Positions 10,268 through 21,341 are shown, counted from the stretch's first letter. The stretch: 64,000 nucleotides of DNA from Promethearchaeota archaeon (GCA_048940925.1 JBHLOC010000026.1:1-64000), one strand, 5' to 3'. Translations and numbers: made by a program. The notes: generated by a model from the sequence alone, not told the origin.

Positions 10268-10837
10268 ATGGAATTGGATATTAAACCCTTAACTATTGAC
10301 CTTCTGGATGATTTTCTCTATTATTTTGATTGTGTAGGTTTTCAAGATAATCCAGATTGGTCTGTATGTTATTGTCATTATTATCATTTTTCAGGAACCA
10401 GTAAAGAATGGGTAAAGCGAACAGGAGAAGAAAATAGAAGTGCTTCAGAAGAATTGATACTCTCAGGGAAAATGCACGGTTTTTTGGCATACTTAGATAA
10501 TAAACCGATTGGATGGTGCAATGTTAATTCAAGAGAGAATTTCGCTAAATCTCTTTATAAATATGATACTTCTGAATCTCAAGTGAATAAAATTGCGAGT
10601 ATTGTTTGCTTCTTAATAGCTCATACTCATAGAAAACAAGGAGTAGCCCGGAAACTTTTAAAATACGCCTGTTCATACTATACAGATAAAGGATATGAGA
10701 TCATGGAAGCATATCCAAGAAAAAGAAAACTTTCTGACGCCAATTCATATCATGGTCCAGTCTCACTCTATAAATCTGAAGGATTTTCAATTTATAAAAA
10801 ATTTAAAAAATTCTATGTGATGCGAAAGAAATTATAA
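10268..10837 (+). CDS. GNAT-family N-acetyltransferase
   Basis: CYC motif, GWC, CFLI..THRKQGVARKLL, EAYP, SYHG...LY...GF. Confidence 0.9.
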   Translation: MELDIKPLTIDLLDDFLYYFDCVGFQDNPDWSVCYCHYYHFSGTSKEWVKRTGEENRSASEELILSGKMHGFLAYLDNKPIGWCNVNSRENFAKSLYKYDTSESQVNKIASIVCFLIAHTHRKQGVARKLLKYACSYYTDKGYEIMEAYPRKRKLSDANSYHGPVSLYKSEGFSIYKKFKKFYVMRKKL

Positions 10838-11190
10838 TAAGTTAATAATTTTTATTTTTAATCTGAATTATATTTCTTAAATAATAAATCGGTTATCTTT
10901 ATACAAGATTCCGATGAAAACATTTCTAATCTAAACATATTATCTTAATTAACCTATGAAATTTAAAATTAAAAAAAATCTCAGGTCTAATGGCTCAGAA
11001 CTAACTCTACCAACATTCTTCTTAGACATCGCAATTTTGTCGATCGGATGAAATTATTAACCCAAACATATTGTATCGAAAATCTACCGCAATCCTTATA
11101 TATTTGAAATAAATATTATAACTTAAAGAAGTATTTTGTAAAAAATAATAATTAATAAATATTTTAAAATTAAAAAGTGGAGGAATAAAT

Positions 11191-11400
11191 ATGGCAAAGA
11201 AAGTTTTTGCTTGGAGTCCAGTCCGAAAATTAATGAAAGATAATGGCGCTGAAATGGTTGCTCGAGATGCTGTTGATGCCTTAATTGACTATTTAGAGAA
11301 ATTAGCTAAAGGTATGACAAATAAGGCTCTCGAAATGACCCGACATGCGGGAAGAAAAAAGCTCACATTAGAGGATATGGACTTAGCAATGAAAGTATAA
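11191..11400 (+). CDS. Archaeal histone (HMf-type histone fold)
   Basis: SPVRKLMK..GAEMVARDA...A..MTRHAGRKKLT.ED; GGAGG RBS; poly-T downstream. Confidence 0.93.
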   Translation: MAKKVFAWSPVRKLMKDNGAEMVARDAVDALIDYLEKLAKGMTNKALEMTRHAGRKKLTLEDMDLAMKV

Positions 11401-11607
11401 AAATAAGTTGTTAAAACTTAAAAAAATTAATTATTTTTTTTTTAAAATATTAAATCCTTATACCTCACTATTCAATTCATTTTCTTCTTGTAGCAGGTCA
11501 TCATTCAATACAAAGTGATGAATTATTATGGTTTTCAAAGTCTAAGAGCACTTTATTTAATAATTTTCATTCTGAAATTTTATATCGTTTGAAAATATCT
11601 CTTTTTT

Positions 11608-12438
11608 ATGGTATTAAAAAAATCTGAGGGAGATACTGTCAATGAAACTATAATCCCTAATACTATAACTACATTAAAGCGCGATTTTGAAGTTTTGGGA
11701 ATAAAGCATGGATCAATTATTATAATGCATAGTTCTCTTAGTACACTAGGTTGGACTGTTGGAGGTCCAGTGTCTGTTATACAGGCATTAATGGAAACAT
11801 TAACGTCAAAAGGTACTTTAGTAATGCCTACTTTTTCTGGTGATAATACTGAACCTTCTAAATGGGAAAATCCACCGGTGCCTGAAGAGTGGTGGGATAT
11901 AATTCGTAATGAAATGCCCGCATATCATCCAGAAACAACGCCCACTCGAGGAGTGGGTAAAATTGTGGAAATCTTTAGAAAATGGCCCAATGTTATACGT
12001 AGTAATCATCCTACGACATCTTTTGCAGCTTGGGGTAAGTATGCTAAACTTATTACTAAAAATCATAATTTAGAAATAGATTTAGGAGAAAATTCACCTC
12101 TCGCCCGGATTTATGAATTAGATGGTAAAATTTTATTATTAGGAGTTAATCATTCGAATAATACTTCAATTCATCTTGCTGAATATCGATGTGAATTCCC
12201 AGGGAAACGATACATTTTAAACGGCTGTGCAATGATGGTAAATAATGAAAGACAATGGGTCGAATGGGAAGAATTAGATCATAATAGTGATGATTTTGAA
12301 CAACTTGGGAAGGATTATGAAGCTGAAATCGGATATAAACCTGGAAAAGTCGGTTTAGCAGAAGCAAGATTGATTTCACAACGAGATATTATTGATTTTG
12401 CCCAAGGCTGGTTTAAGAAAAACCGTAAGAGTATATAA
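11608..12438 (+). CDS. AAC(3)/YokD-family aminoglycoside N3-acetyltransferase-like protein
   Basis: MHSSLS.LGW.VGG, GTLVMPTFS, RSNHP..SFAAWG, NTSIHLAE. Confidence 0.92.
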   Translation: MVLKKSEGDTVNETIIPNTITTLKRDFEVLGIKHGSIIIMHSSLSTLGWTVGGPVSVIQALMETLTSKGTLVMPTFSGDNTEPSKWENPPVPEEWWDIIRNEMPAYHPETTPTRGVGKIVEIFRKWPNVIRSNHPTTSFAAWGKYAKLITKNHNLEIDLGENSPLARIYELDGKILLLGVNHSNNTSIHLAEYRCEFPGKRYILNGCAMMVNNERQWVEWEELDHNSDDFEQLGKDYEAEIGYKPGKVGLAEARLISQRDIIDFAQGWFKKNRKSI

Positions 12439-12507
12439 TTAATTATATAGCAATTCAGAAATTTTAATTAGAATTGATAAACAGTAACCATTCAATTTCA
12501 TATTATC

Positions 12508-13698
12508 ATGGAAACAGTTTCTACCTCGAAAAACTATAAATTAAACATATACAAATTCTATATTTTCAATATTATTTTGGGCATCCACACAGTAAGAGGT
12601 GTCTACATACCATTTATGATGGAATGGGGTGGTCTTACCTTTTTCCAAATAATGATGTTACAGAGCTATTTCACATTTATGATATTTATTTTTGAAATTC
12701 CGTCTGGTGCGATTGCAGACCGAATTGGTAGAAACTATGCCTTAATGTTATCTGGTGTATTTGTTACTCTTGCTGCCTTAACTTATAGCATCATTCCGAA
12801 TATCTTACTATTCTTCTTAGCTGAGACATTTTGGGCATTTAGTTTAGCCTTATCTTCAGGCACAGACGAAGCATTTTTATTTAATACCTTGAAAACAATG
12901 GACAAAGAAAAAGAACTTCCAAAAATAATAAGTAGAAATCAATCATTGAATCTAATTGCATTAACCTTATCTGCACCCTTAGGTTCTATAATTGCTGAAT
13001 TTATCTCTTTGCAATTTACCATGTTTTGTTTGGCTATAATATATAGTGGAGCTACTCTTGTTTCATTGACCTTTAAAGAGCCAAAGATTGGGATTACTCA
13101 CCAATCGCAAAAATATTTAGCTATTATAAAAGAAGGTTTTCATGAATTAAGAAGAAATAAAATATTGAGAGTCTTGTGCTTTGACAGGGTTTTCATAGGA
13201 GTATTAACTTACTTTTTGTTTTGGACATACCAAGTTTATCTTGGACAAGTTAACATTCCTTTAATATGGTTTGGTTTTATAACAGCATTTATGAATATTG
13301 TTAACATGGTTTTCACGCTTTTAATCCCATGGTTTTTGAAGTCATTTAAAAAAAAGCTAGTATTTTTAATTATTATTGATCTTATAATTGGATGTGCATA
13401 CATTTTATTAGGATTCACAATAAACCCAATTTTAGGTGTTTTGTTGATCTTAACGATTGTAGCTTTTGGTTATCCGAGATATTTAGTATATGTCAATGGA
13501 ATTAATAGGCAAATTAAATCCGAAAATAGAGCAACAGTACTCAGTACTATAAATATGTTTAGAAGTTTTCTTGCGGCTATAATATATCCATTTATTGGTA
13601 TTTTTGTTGAATGGAATCTTTTCGCAGTTTTTATCTTAACTGGAATCTTAATTCTAATTTTTACTGTATTGACGCGTGTAAAAAACGAGTATCTTTAA
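12508..13698 (+). CDS. MFS transporter
   Basis: FEIPSGAIADRIGR, SGTDEA, ~12 TM, ENRATVLS. Confidence 0.9.
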   Translation: METVSTSKNYKLNIYKFYIFNIILGIHTVRGVYIPFMMEWGGLTFFQIMMLQSYFTFMIFIFEIPSGAIADRIGRNYALMLSGVFVTLAALTYSIIPNILLFFLAETFWAFSLALSSGTDEAFLFNTLKTMDKEKELPKIISRNQSLNLIALTLSAPLGSIIAEFISLQFTMFCLAIIYSGATLVSLTFKEPKIGITHQSQKYLAIIKEGFHELRRNKILRVLCFDRVFIGVLTYFLFWTYQVYLGQVNIPLIWFGFITAFMNIVNMVFTLLIPWFLKSFKKKLVFLIIIDLIIGCAYILLGFTINPILGVLLILTIVAFGYPRYLVYVNGINRQIKSENRATVLSTINMFRSFLAAIIYPFIGIFVEWNLFAVFILTGILILIFTVLTRVKNEYL

Positions 13699-13839
13699 AT
13701 CTATATAAAATCTAGATTTTAAAAGAATAAAATCCATAGATTTGAGGATACTACAATTTTTAATTAGCACTCATAAACTCTTTAAGATATGGTGAATTTA
13801 ATCATGAATAGATAAATCAATATCTGGAGATATAACAAT

Positions 13840-14406
13840 ATGGCTGAAACTAAAGTTACAATAAGTTTTCCTTTTATAGAAGGAAATGAGATTATTCTCT
13901 GTCCTCCCAATATGGAAAATATTACTCTCTATACAAAATGGATGAATTCACCAGAAAATAGAAAATATGCAAGATATGAATTTCCTCAAACTTTAGAAGA
14001 AGTTAAAAAATTATTTGAACCAAAACAGGAACGCATAAAAACAGAATTATTTTTTGAAATATTTCATAAAAAAGATAAAAAATCAATCGGATTTACTGGA
14101 TTAATTCGAATTTTTTGGTTCGATCGCAGCGCCTTTCTTTTTTATATGGTCGGTGAACCCGAATATTCTAAGAGAGGTATAGCCACTGAAGCTGGAAAAT
14201 TGGTAGTTGATTATGCTTTTAAAGAACTCAACCTACATAAAATCTCTCTCTATACTTTTCCGCCAAATAAAGCCTCAATACGCGTAGCTGAGAAAATTGG
14301 TTTCAAACATGAAATCACACTGAAGAAGGAGGAATATATTGATGGAGAACACATTGATAAATTGAAGTATTCAATCCTAAAACATGAGTGGATGAATTTT
14401 GAGTAA
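13840..14406 (+). CDS. RimJ/RimL-type GNAT acetyltransferase (copy 1 of 6)
   Basis: FPFIEG...KRGIATEA...YAFKELNLHK...N.AS.RVAEKIGF. Confidence 0.9.
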   Translation: MAETKVTISFPFIEGNEIILCPPNMENITLYTKWMNSPENRKYARYEFPQTLEEVKKLFEPKQERIKTELFFEIFHKKDKKSIGFTGLIRIFWFDRSAFLFYMVGEPEYSKRGIATEAGKLVVDYAFKELNLHKISLYTFPPNKASIRVAEKIGFKHEITLKKEEYIDGEHIDKLKYSILKHEWMNFE

Positions 14407-14436
14407 ATTATATAATAAAAAGGAATAGACAAATAA

Positions 14437-15051
14437 ATGATAAAGGTAAATGAAATGGAAAAAGAAGATACATCGGATAAATTAGATAATATTGATTGTT
14501 TTCCTTTTATTGAAGGTAAAATTGTGGATCTTTGCGCGCGCAATCCAAAAAATGTGGACTTATATGCAAAATGGAAAAATGATCCAACTGTGCGACGATA
14601 CTCCAGAAATGTAATGCCAAGAACTCTAGACGAGCAAAAAAAAAGCCTTGAACGGAAACAGAGACTTCCTCCAGACCATATTAATTTTGAGATTTGGCAT
14701 AAAGAAGATAAAAAACCCCTGGGTATAATAGGACTAGGATGGATTGATTGGGTGAATGGTTGGGCGAATGCTTTTATTTGGATTGGAGAAAAAGATTATT
14801 GGAATAAGAATATTGCAACAGAAGCTACTGAACTACTGATAGAATATGCTTTTAATGAACTTAACCTCAATAAATTGCATGGTGGTGTTGCCATTAAAAA
14901 TATTGGTTCATGGTCTGTGGCTGAAAAACTAGGATTTGAATTAGAAGGTATAGGACGTGAAGAAATGTATGTTGATGGTGAATACCTTGATAATAAGATA
15001 CTTCGATTATTAAAAGAAGATTGGCAAAAAATCAAGAAAAAACCTAGCTAA
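14437..15051 (+). CDS. RimJ/RimL-type GNAT acetyltransferase (copy 2)
   Basis: YWNKNIATEA...YAFNELNLNK...AEKLGFELEG. Confidence 0.9.
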   Translation: MIKVNEMEKEDTSDKLDNIDCFPFIEGKIVDLCARNPKNVDLYAKWKNDPTVRRYSRNVMPRTLDEQKKSLERKQRLPPDHINFEIWHKEDKKPLGIIGLGWIDWVNGWANAFIWIGEKDYWNKNIATEATELLIEYAFNELNLNKLHGGVAIKNIGSWSVAEKLGFELEGIGREEMYVDGEYLDNKILRLLKEDWQKIKKKPS

Positions 15052-15103
15052 TTGCTATTTTAAAATTTATTATAATAAAGATATAGAGCTTAGATGATTT
15101 TAT

Positions 15104-15700
15104 TTGACAAAAAACGAGAAAGATGAAAAGCAAGAAGATTTAATTTTCCCATTTATTAAGGGTGAAAGGATTGATCTAGTAGCCCAAAATTCTAAATGGA
15201 TTCCTCTCTATTGTAAATGGCAAAATAATCCAAGAGTACGTCATTATGCTCGTCATGCCATGCCATCCAACCCTGAAGAAATGAAACGCTGGTTTGAACC
15301 ACCTTCAGAACGAAGTGCTAAAGGTGGCGTATTTTTTACAATTTACCACAAAAAAGATAAGCGTCCAATAGGAACTATAGGATTTTTTTGGATCAATTGG
15401 CTAAATCGTAATGGGTGGATAATGGGAATGATTGGAGAACCAGAATATTGGGGTAAAGGATTAGTTGGGGAAGCTGCCACCCTACTTATTAAATATGGAT
15501 TTACAGAGTTGAATTTTCATAAGATTTATGCGGGAATCTACAATCCAAATATTAGATCATTACGAGCTGCAGAAAAATTAGGCTTTAGAGAAGAGGTAGT
15601 TTTAAAAGATGAACTCTATGTGGACGGCAGGTATGTCGATACGCATCAGTTCTCTATATTTAAAAGAGATTGGGTTAAAATGAATAAAGAAAATGTTTAG
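15104..15700 (+). CDS. RimJ/RimL-type GNAT acetyltransferase (copy 3)
   Basis: YWGKGL..EA...YGFTELNFHK...N.RS.RAAEKLGF. Confidence 0.9.
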   Translation: MTKNEKDEKQEDLIFPFIKGERIDLVAQNSKWIPLYCKWQNNPRVRHYARHAMPSNPEEMKRWFEPPSERSAKGGVFFTIYHKKDKRPIGTIGFFWINWLNRNGWIMGMIGEPEYWGKGLVGEAATLLIKYGFTELNFHKIYAGIYNPNIRSLRAAEKLGFREEVVLKDELYVDGRYVDTHQFSIFKRDWVKMNKENV

Positions 15701-15715
15701 GAGAGAAAGAAAAAA

Positions 15716-16276
15716 ATGACAGAATCTCAAGTTCATACATTTATTAGAGGAGAAATGATTGATTTAATCCCATTGAACCCAACCCATACCCCATTGTATT
15801 CTTTATGGGACAATAATCCAAAAGTCCGAAAATATGATCGAAATGTGTTTCCATTAACAATTGAAGAATCTAAGAACATTTTTGAATCAGATGATAGTAA
15901 GATAAAAACCAGAATCATGTTTGAAATTTGGTATAAAAAAGATCAAAAACCAATTGGTTATTGTGAAATCGATGATATTTTCTGGATAGATCGCCGTGCT
16001 CATTTAGGGCTCACAATAGGTGATCCGGAATACTGGGGAAGAGGGATTGGCACTGAAACCATCAAGTTGTTAACTGAATATTGTTTTGTTGAACTGAATT
16101 TCCATAAAATTGCTGCTGAAGCTCTTGCGCCAAATAGGGGTTCACAACGCTGTTTTGAAAAAAATGGCTTTGAATATGAAGGGAAACTAAAAGAAGATAC
16201 TTATATTGACGGGGAATTTATTGATTTATTGAAATTTTGTATATTAAAAGATGATTGGATAAAAAATGTCAGATGA
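15716..16276 (+). CDS. RimJ/RimL-type GNAT acetyltransferase (copy 4)
   Basis: YWGRGIGTE...ELNFHK...N.GSQRCFEKNGF. Confidence 0.9.
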   Translation: MTESQVHTFIRGEMIDLIPLNPTHTPLYSLWDNNPKVRKYDRNVFPLTIEESKNIFESDDSKIKTRIMFEIWYKKDQKPIGYCEIDDIFWIDRRAHLGLTIGDPEYWGRGIGTETIKLLTEYCFVELNFHKIAAEALAPNRGSQRCFEKNGFEYEGKLKEDTYIDGEFIDLLKFCILKDDWIKNVR

Positions 16277-16850
16277 TGATCAGAAAGAAGATGGAATATT
16301 TCCCTTTATCGAAGGAGAAAGCATAGATTTAGTTGCACAGAGCTCTAAATGGATTGAATTGCATTCTAAATGGAATAATGATCCACAAGTACGTCACTAC
16401 GCTCGAAATATAATGCCTCATACCCTTGAGGATATAAAAAAATGGTATGAACCTTCTCCTGATCGAGGTCCAAGAGATGCTGTTTTTTTTACTATTTATC
16501 ATAAAAAAGATAAATGTCCTATCGGTACGATAGCTTTTGTTCGTATTGATTGGATAAATCGTAATGCCCTTGTTTTTGGAATAATTGGTGAAAAGGAATA
16601 CTGGGGAAGAGGTATAATAGTTGAAGCTGCAAAATTGTTGATTAATTATGGTTTTACAGAGTTAAACCTTCACAAGATTAATGCGAGAGTATTTGACCCA
16701 AACAAGAGATCTTTACGTGCTGCTGAGAAAATAGGATTTAATAGAGTAGGAATCATGAAAGAACAACTTTATGTTGATGGAAAATATGTAGATGAGCATC
16801 TATTTTCAATATTTAGAAAAGATTGGATAAAAAGAAATGAACCACTGTAA
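16266..16850 (+). CDS. RimJ/RimL-type GNAT acetyltransferase (copy 5)
   Basis: YWGRGI..EA...YGFTELNLHK...N.RS.RAAEKIGF. Confidence 0.9.
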   Translation: MSDDDQKEDGIFPFIEGESIDLVAQSSKWIELHSKWNNDPQVRHYARNIMPHTLEDIKKWYEPSPDRGPRDAVFFTIYHKKDKCPIGTIAFVRIDWINRNALVFGIIGEKEYWGRGIIVEAAKLLINYGFTELNLHKINARVFDPNKRSLRAAEKIGFNRVGIMKEQLYVDGKYVDEHLFSIFRKDWIKRNEPL

Positions 16851-16852
16851 AA

Positions 16853-17407
16853 ATGAGTAAACCATATATTTATACGTTTATTGAAGGAGAATTAATATCT
16901 CTTATGCCCATAAACTCAGATCACGTTCATTTATATGTTAAATGGATAAATGATCCAAAAGTTCGGCTATATAGCCGGAGTGTAGTACCCAGAACTATTG
17001 AAGAATGGAAAAAATTATTTTTAAACATGCCTGAGGAGAGAATTAAAACTCATATTTTTTTTGAGATTTGGCATAAGAAAGATAAAAAACCTCTAGGTGA
17101 TGTAGGTCTTTTTGATATTAATTGGTTTGATAAAAAAGCATTTATAGGGCTATTAATCGGTGAAAAAGAATACTGGAATAAGGGAATTGGAACTGAAGCA
17201 ATAAAATTAACCACCAATTATGGATTTAAAGAACTTAATTTGAATAAACTCTATGCCACTGTTTATGCTCCTAATAAAGCTTCATGCCGTTGTTTTGAAA
17301 AAAATCATTTCATTAAGGAGGCTATATTAAAAAATGATACATTCATAGAGAATAAATATTTAGATCTATATTTTTATTCCATTCTAAAGGAATTTTGGTT
17401 AAAATAA
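16853..17407 (+). CDS. RimJ/RimL-type GNAT acetyltransferase (copy 6)
   Basis: YWNKGIGTEA...YGFKELNLNK...N.AS.RCFEKN. Confidence 0.9.
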   Translation: MSKPYIYTFIEGELISLMPINSDHVHLYVKWINDPKVRLYSRSVVPRTIEEWKKLFLNMPEERIKTHIFFEIWHKKDKKPLGDVGLFDINWFDKKAFIGLLIGEKEYWNKGIGTEAIKLTTNYGFKELNLNKLYATVYAPNKASCRCFEKNHFIKEAILKNDTFIENKYLDLYFYSILKEFWLK

Positions 17408-17572
17408 TAACCACTAACTCTTGTTTGAAAATTTTTGAATATATTGTAGGATTTCAAGCTCATATATTAAAAAAAAATCTATAAATATATCCTAATCAAA
17501 TATAAAATTACTTATACTTAGATTTTAATTAAAATAGAATAGAGACGTTTTGGTGAGTTCTTTTATATTGAT

Positions 17573-18964
17573 GTGATAATTATGTCAGAATCTCTAAAGA
17601 TGAAATTTTCTGATGGCATTACTACAACAAAAATGGTATTCTTTACGTTACAAGGTATTGTTGGCGGTTTTTTATTTGGAATGTGGGGTCAAATACAGTT
17701 TTTTGCTGCCTCAGTGCTTTTAATCCCTCAAATAACAATAACACTAATTTATTTAGTGTATTCTATTGTTGATGGTATTAATGACCCAATCATAGGATAT
17801 TTAGCAGATAAATCCAAAAGGTTTACTTCAAGGTTTGGAAAGAGATTTCCGTGGATCATGATCGGTGCTACCTGCGGACCAATATTCTTGGTTATGTGTT
17901 TTCTTCAGATCTCCTCAGATATAACCGTATCAATTATTTGGCTATTGGTAATGATGGCAATATATGAAACCTTCATGACTAGCTTTGAAATTAATCACAA
18001 TTCATTATTTCCTGATTTGTTTCGCGAAGATTTTCATAGAAATAGAGTTATTGTTATTGGTGCAATATTAGGTGGAATCATCACAATTTTAGCAGGAGGG
18101 CTCATACCAATTTTGATCAATTCAATTGGATATTTAATAACAACTATAACTCTTGTAATAATCGCATATATAATTCTTATTCCTTATAGCTATGGTATAC
18201 GGGAGCCAAAAGAGATGAAAGAATTTCGTGCTAAATTAGATATAACTGAAAGGGGAAGTTCTCCTGTAAAAGAAGTCGTTAGACGAGTTTTCAAAGATAA
18301 GAATTGGATGGGAGTAATAATTGCTGGTTTTTGTTGGTCTGTTGCTGGAGCTTGTTTTTTATATGGACTTAACTTTTTTGTTGTAGATAATTTAGGATTA
18401 GAGATCGGTGCCACTGCTCTTCCATTAATGATGGTTTACTTTGTTGGATTCGCTCTAGCACCTCTCTGGGTCTGGATATCAACAAAAATTGGTAACAAGA
18501 ATGCTTTCATCATAGGTATGAGTTTAAACATAACTGGATATTTACTTCTAGTACTTGTGACTAATTTATGGAGTGTAATACTTGTTTTTGCTTTTTGCGG
18601 TATAGGATTTAGTGCAACTTCTGGTGTAATCTACGGACTCTTAAGAGCAGAAGGATTAGATAATGCTGCAGTAAATTCTGGTAAGAGAGAAGAAGGAAGT
18701 TATACTGGAATTTTGAAAATATTTACTGCATTTTCATATTTTTTCCAAACTCTCATATTTGCCATAATATCTGGAATAACTGGATATGATCCTAACCTTG
18801 GTACAGGAAATACTAATTTTGCTAAGTTTGGTTTAAAATTTCAAATGTCAATTATACCAATGATAATTCTCATAATTGGTACCATTGCCTTCATTATCTT
18901 ATATAGATTATCTAAAGAAGATGCTAAGGCAAATAAGGTAAAATTAGAAGAAATAGGGCTTTAG
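17573..18964 (+). CDS. GPH/MFS_2 family sugar:cation symporter
   Basis: DGINDPIIGYLAD...RFGKRFPW; GKREEGSYTG; ~12 TM. Confidence 0.9.
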   Translation: MIIMSESLKMKFSDGITTTKMVFFTLQGIVGGFLFGMWGQIQFFAASVLLIPQITITLIYLVYSIVDGINDPIIGYLADKSKRFTSRFGKRFPWIMIGATCGPIFLVMCFLQISSDITVSIIWLLVMMAIYETFMTSFEINHNSLFPDLFREDFHRNRVIVIGAILGGIITILAGGLIPILINSIGYLITTITLVIIAYIILIPYSYGIREPKEMKEFRAKLDITERGSSPVKEVVRRVFKDKNWMGVIIAGFCWSVAGACFLYGLNFFVVDNLGLEIGATALPLMMVYFVGFALAPLWVWISTKIGNKNAFIIGMSLNITGYLLLVLVTNLWSVILVFAFCGIGFSATSGVIYGLLRAEGLDNAAVNSGKREEGSYTGILKIFTAFSYFFQTLIFAIISGITGYDPNLGTGNTNFAKFGLKFQMSIIPMIILIIGTIAFIILYRLSKEDAKANKVKLEEIGL

Positions 18965-19055
18965 ACTATTCAAATTAATCTTTTTTTTTTTATTAAATAA
19001 GGTTTAGGTTTTAGATTCTCAGTCCAAATATATTCCAATATCAAAAAAGAACGAA

Positions 19056-21341
19056 TTAATTATGTTTTGGTAATAATAAAACAAAATTACTGCCTTTAGT
19101 ATAATCTCCCTTAATTCTATCCTCAACCCAAACTTTTCCGTTGAAAATACTAAGTATTTTACTAACCAATGAAAGTCCTAGTCCCATTCCTTTTGATCCT
19201 TTAAGTTCTCTGTTACCCGGTTTAAATATAATCTCTTTTCTGTCATTATGTATTCCTATCCCATTATCAATAAATTCAATTTTTAAATATTTTATTTCAT
19301 TGAATTTTTGATGACTTATTTTGACCAGAATATCAACTTTAGAGTGTTCATTATATTTTATTCCATTAATCAGAATATTTTCGAATACATCTTGGAGTAG
19401 TTCATTAGCTTTAACTATAATCTTTTTATCTATGGAATCAACTAAAATATTTACTTCTCTGTTAGTGTATGCTTTCTTAACATATTCTATTGATTTTTTT
19501 AATAAATCATATACAATAGTATTTTCTGTTGAGATTTCTTTTTCTTCTAGGTCAGAGAGTGTCCTAACATTGGATACTAGTTTTGATCCTCGTTCTACTT
19601 GTTTTTTTATGATGTCTGATACACTTTTTATATCTTTAGATTTATCAGATTCACCAAGATGAAACGAAATCAGTTCTGCTGAGGAATTTACTACCTGAAG
19701 AATATTATTTATATCATGAGCAAAAAGATCTTTATAGAAATTTGCTCGATCAAAAGCTTCCTTATACTTTTTTTCTGATAATTTTAATGCTTCTTCAGCG
19801 ATCTTACGATCAGTAATATCTAATACAATCCCTTGAAAATGAGTAATATTTCCTTCTGAATCTCTTCTTATCCAGGTTCTATCATCTATCCATCTGGCAT
19901 CTCCGTGTTTAGCTAAAATTCGATATTCTTGTTCAAATTCCTCAATATCTTCATTACTATAAATCTCAACTTCTTGTGCAACCCTCTTTAAATCATCAGG
20001 ATGGATAATTTCGCTATATATTACATTTCCAGAATAGAAATCTTCTGGAGTATATCCAAAATGAGATATATTTTCAGATACAAACTCAACTGGCCAACCT
20101 TCTGAATTTTTCCATAGAAATACCACGCCAGGACTATTATTTACAATATATTCTAATTCTCTTAATCTTTTATATGAATTTTCAAGTTCTTTTTGGGCTA
20201 GTTTTCTATCATTTATATCTAATACCATAGAACGAGATTCAATAACCTTTCCAGTTTCATCAAACATTGGTTTTACCGTTAAACTTACCCAGATTAAGTC
20301 CCCCTTTTTGGTTTTCATTTGGAGTTCTTCATCTTTTATATTCTCACCCTTGAGAAATCGCTGAAATAAATCTTTCGCTTTTTTTAATCCATGTTTTGTT
20401 TCAGCATATAAATCAAAGACAATCATATTTAACAATTCCTCTTTTGTATAGCCTAAGAGTCTTTCTGCTGCTTTGTTGGTTCGTATAATTAATTTATTTG
20501 TATCTATTGAGAAGTAAGCATTAGGAGCTTCTTCATATAGATCTCTGAAAATAAGTTCAGAATCTTTTAGTTGTCTTTGTGCCTGCTTTTGTTCAGTTAT
20601 ATCAAGAATTGTAACAAAATCTGCAGGTTTTCCTTTATAATCAATAGATTTTGAGAAGACCTCTAAAAAAATTATTTCAGCATCCTTTCGAATTCCTCTA
20701 AATTGGTATTGATTTGTAGCATCTAGGTTACCTGCTTGTTTTTTTTTAGCTTGCTTAGCAACCATTATTCTATCTTGAGGATGAATAACATTAAGAAAAC
20801 CTCCTTTTCCCCACTTCATAATTTCTTCGATAGTATAACCAAAAATACTTGCAAGTTTATCATTTACATACTTTATATAATCATCTTGTAAAATCGCAAT
20901 CCCAAGAAAGGATTGTTCCGTCAACAATCTAAATTTCTCTTCAGATTCTTTGACTTTCTTCCTAGCTATTTCACGTGTTGTTATATCTCTTACAATTGTA
21001 ATAATTTGATGGACTTTTCCATCCTTAATAATTGGAGTTTTTTGTATTTCAGCAATTATATTTTGATTTGATATAGAGATAGTTTCTGATTTAATCAAAG
21101 ATTTTCCTTCTTTTTGAACATATTTATACTCCTCAATGACTTTTTCTGATAAGAAAGTAAAAGCTTTGAAAAGCGATTGACCTAGTAACGTATTACTAAG
21201 ACCAAGCTCCGTTAACCATTTTTTCATAGCTTTATTTATTAAGATTAATTCAAAGTCATTATTTATTACATGCAGCGGATCATCTAAATTGTCTATTACA
21301 CTTTCATATAATTCGTGATTTATTTTCTCAAAAGCACACAT
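19056..21341 (-). CDS. Cytoplasmic multi-PAS sensor histidine kinase
   Basis: Four PAS/PAC repeats (RDIT, LDIT, LDIN, LDIT); H-box FAHDINN; N-box ENILIN; DNGIG; GMGLGL. Confidence 0.93.
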   Translation of the reverse strand: MCAFEKINHELYESVIDNLDDPLHVINNDFELILINKAMKKWLTELGLSNTLLGQSLFKAFTFLSEKVIEEYKYVQKEGKSLIKSETISISNQNIIAEIQKTPIIKDGKVHQIITIVRDITTREIARKKVKESEEKFRLLTEQSFLGIAILQDDYIKYVNDKLASIFGYTIEEIMKWGKGGFLNVIHPQDRIMVAKQAKKKQAGNLDATNQYQFRGIRKDAEIIFLEVFSKSIDYKGKPADFVTILDITEQKQAQRQLKDSELIFRDLYEEAPNAYFSIDTNKLIIRTNKAAERLLGYTKEELLNMIVFDLYAETKHGLKKAKDLFQRFLKGENIKDEELQMKTKKGDLIWVSLTVKPMFDETGKVIESRSMVLDINDRKLAQKELENSYKRLRELEYIVNNSPGVVFLWKNSEGWPVEFVSENISHFGYTPEDFYSGNVIYSEIIHPDDLKRVAQEVEIYSNEDIEEFEQEYRILAKHGDARWIDDRTWIRRDSEGNITHFQGIVLDITDRKIAEEALKLSEKKYKEAFDRANFYKDLFAHDINNILQVVNSSAELISFHLGESDKSKDIKSVSDIIKKQVERGSKLVSNVRTLSDLEEKEISTENTIVYDLLKKSIEYVKKAYTNREVNILVDSIDKKIIVKANELLQDVFENILINGIKYNEHSKVDILVKISHQKFNEIKYLKIEFIDNGIGIHNDRKEIIFKPGNRELKGSKGMGLGLSLVSKILSIFNGKVWVEDRIKGDYTKGSNFVLLLPKHN

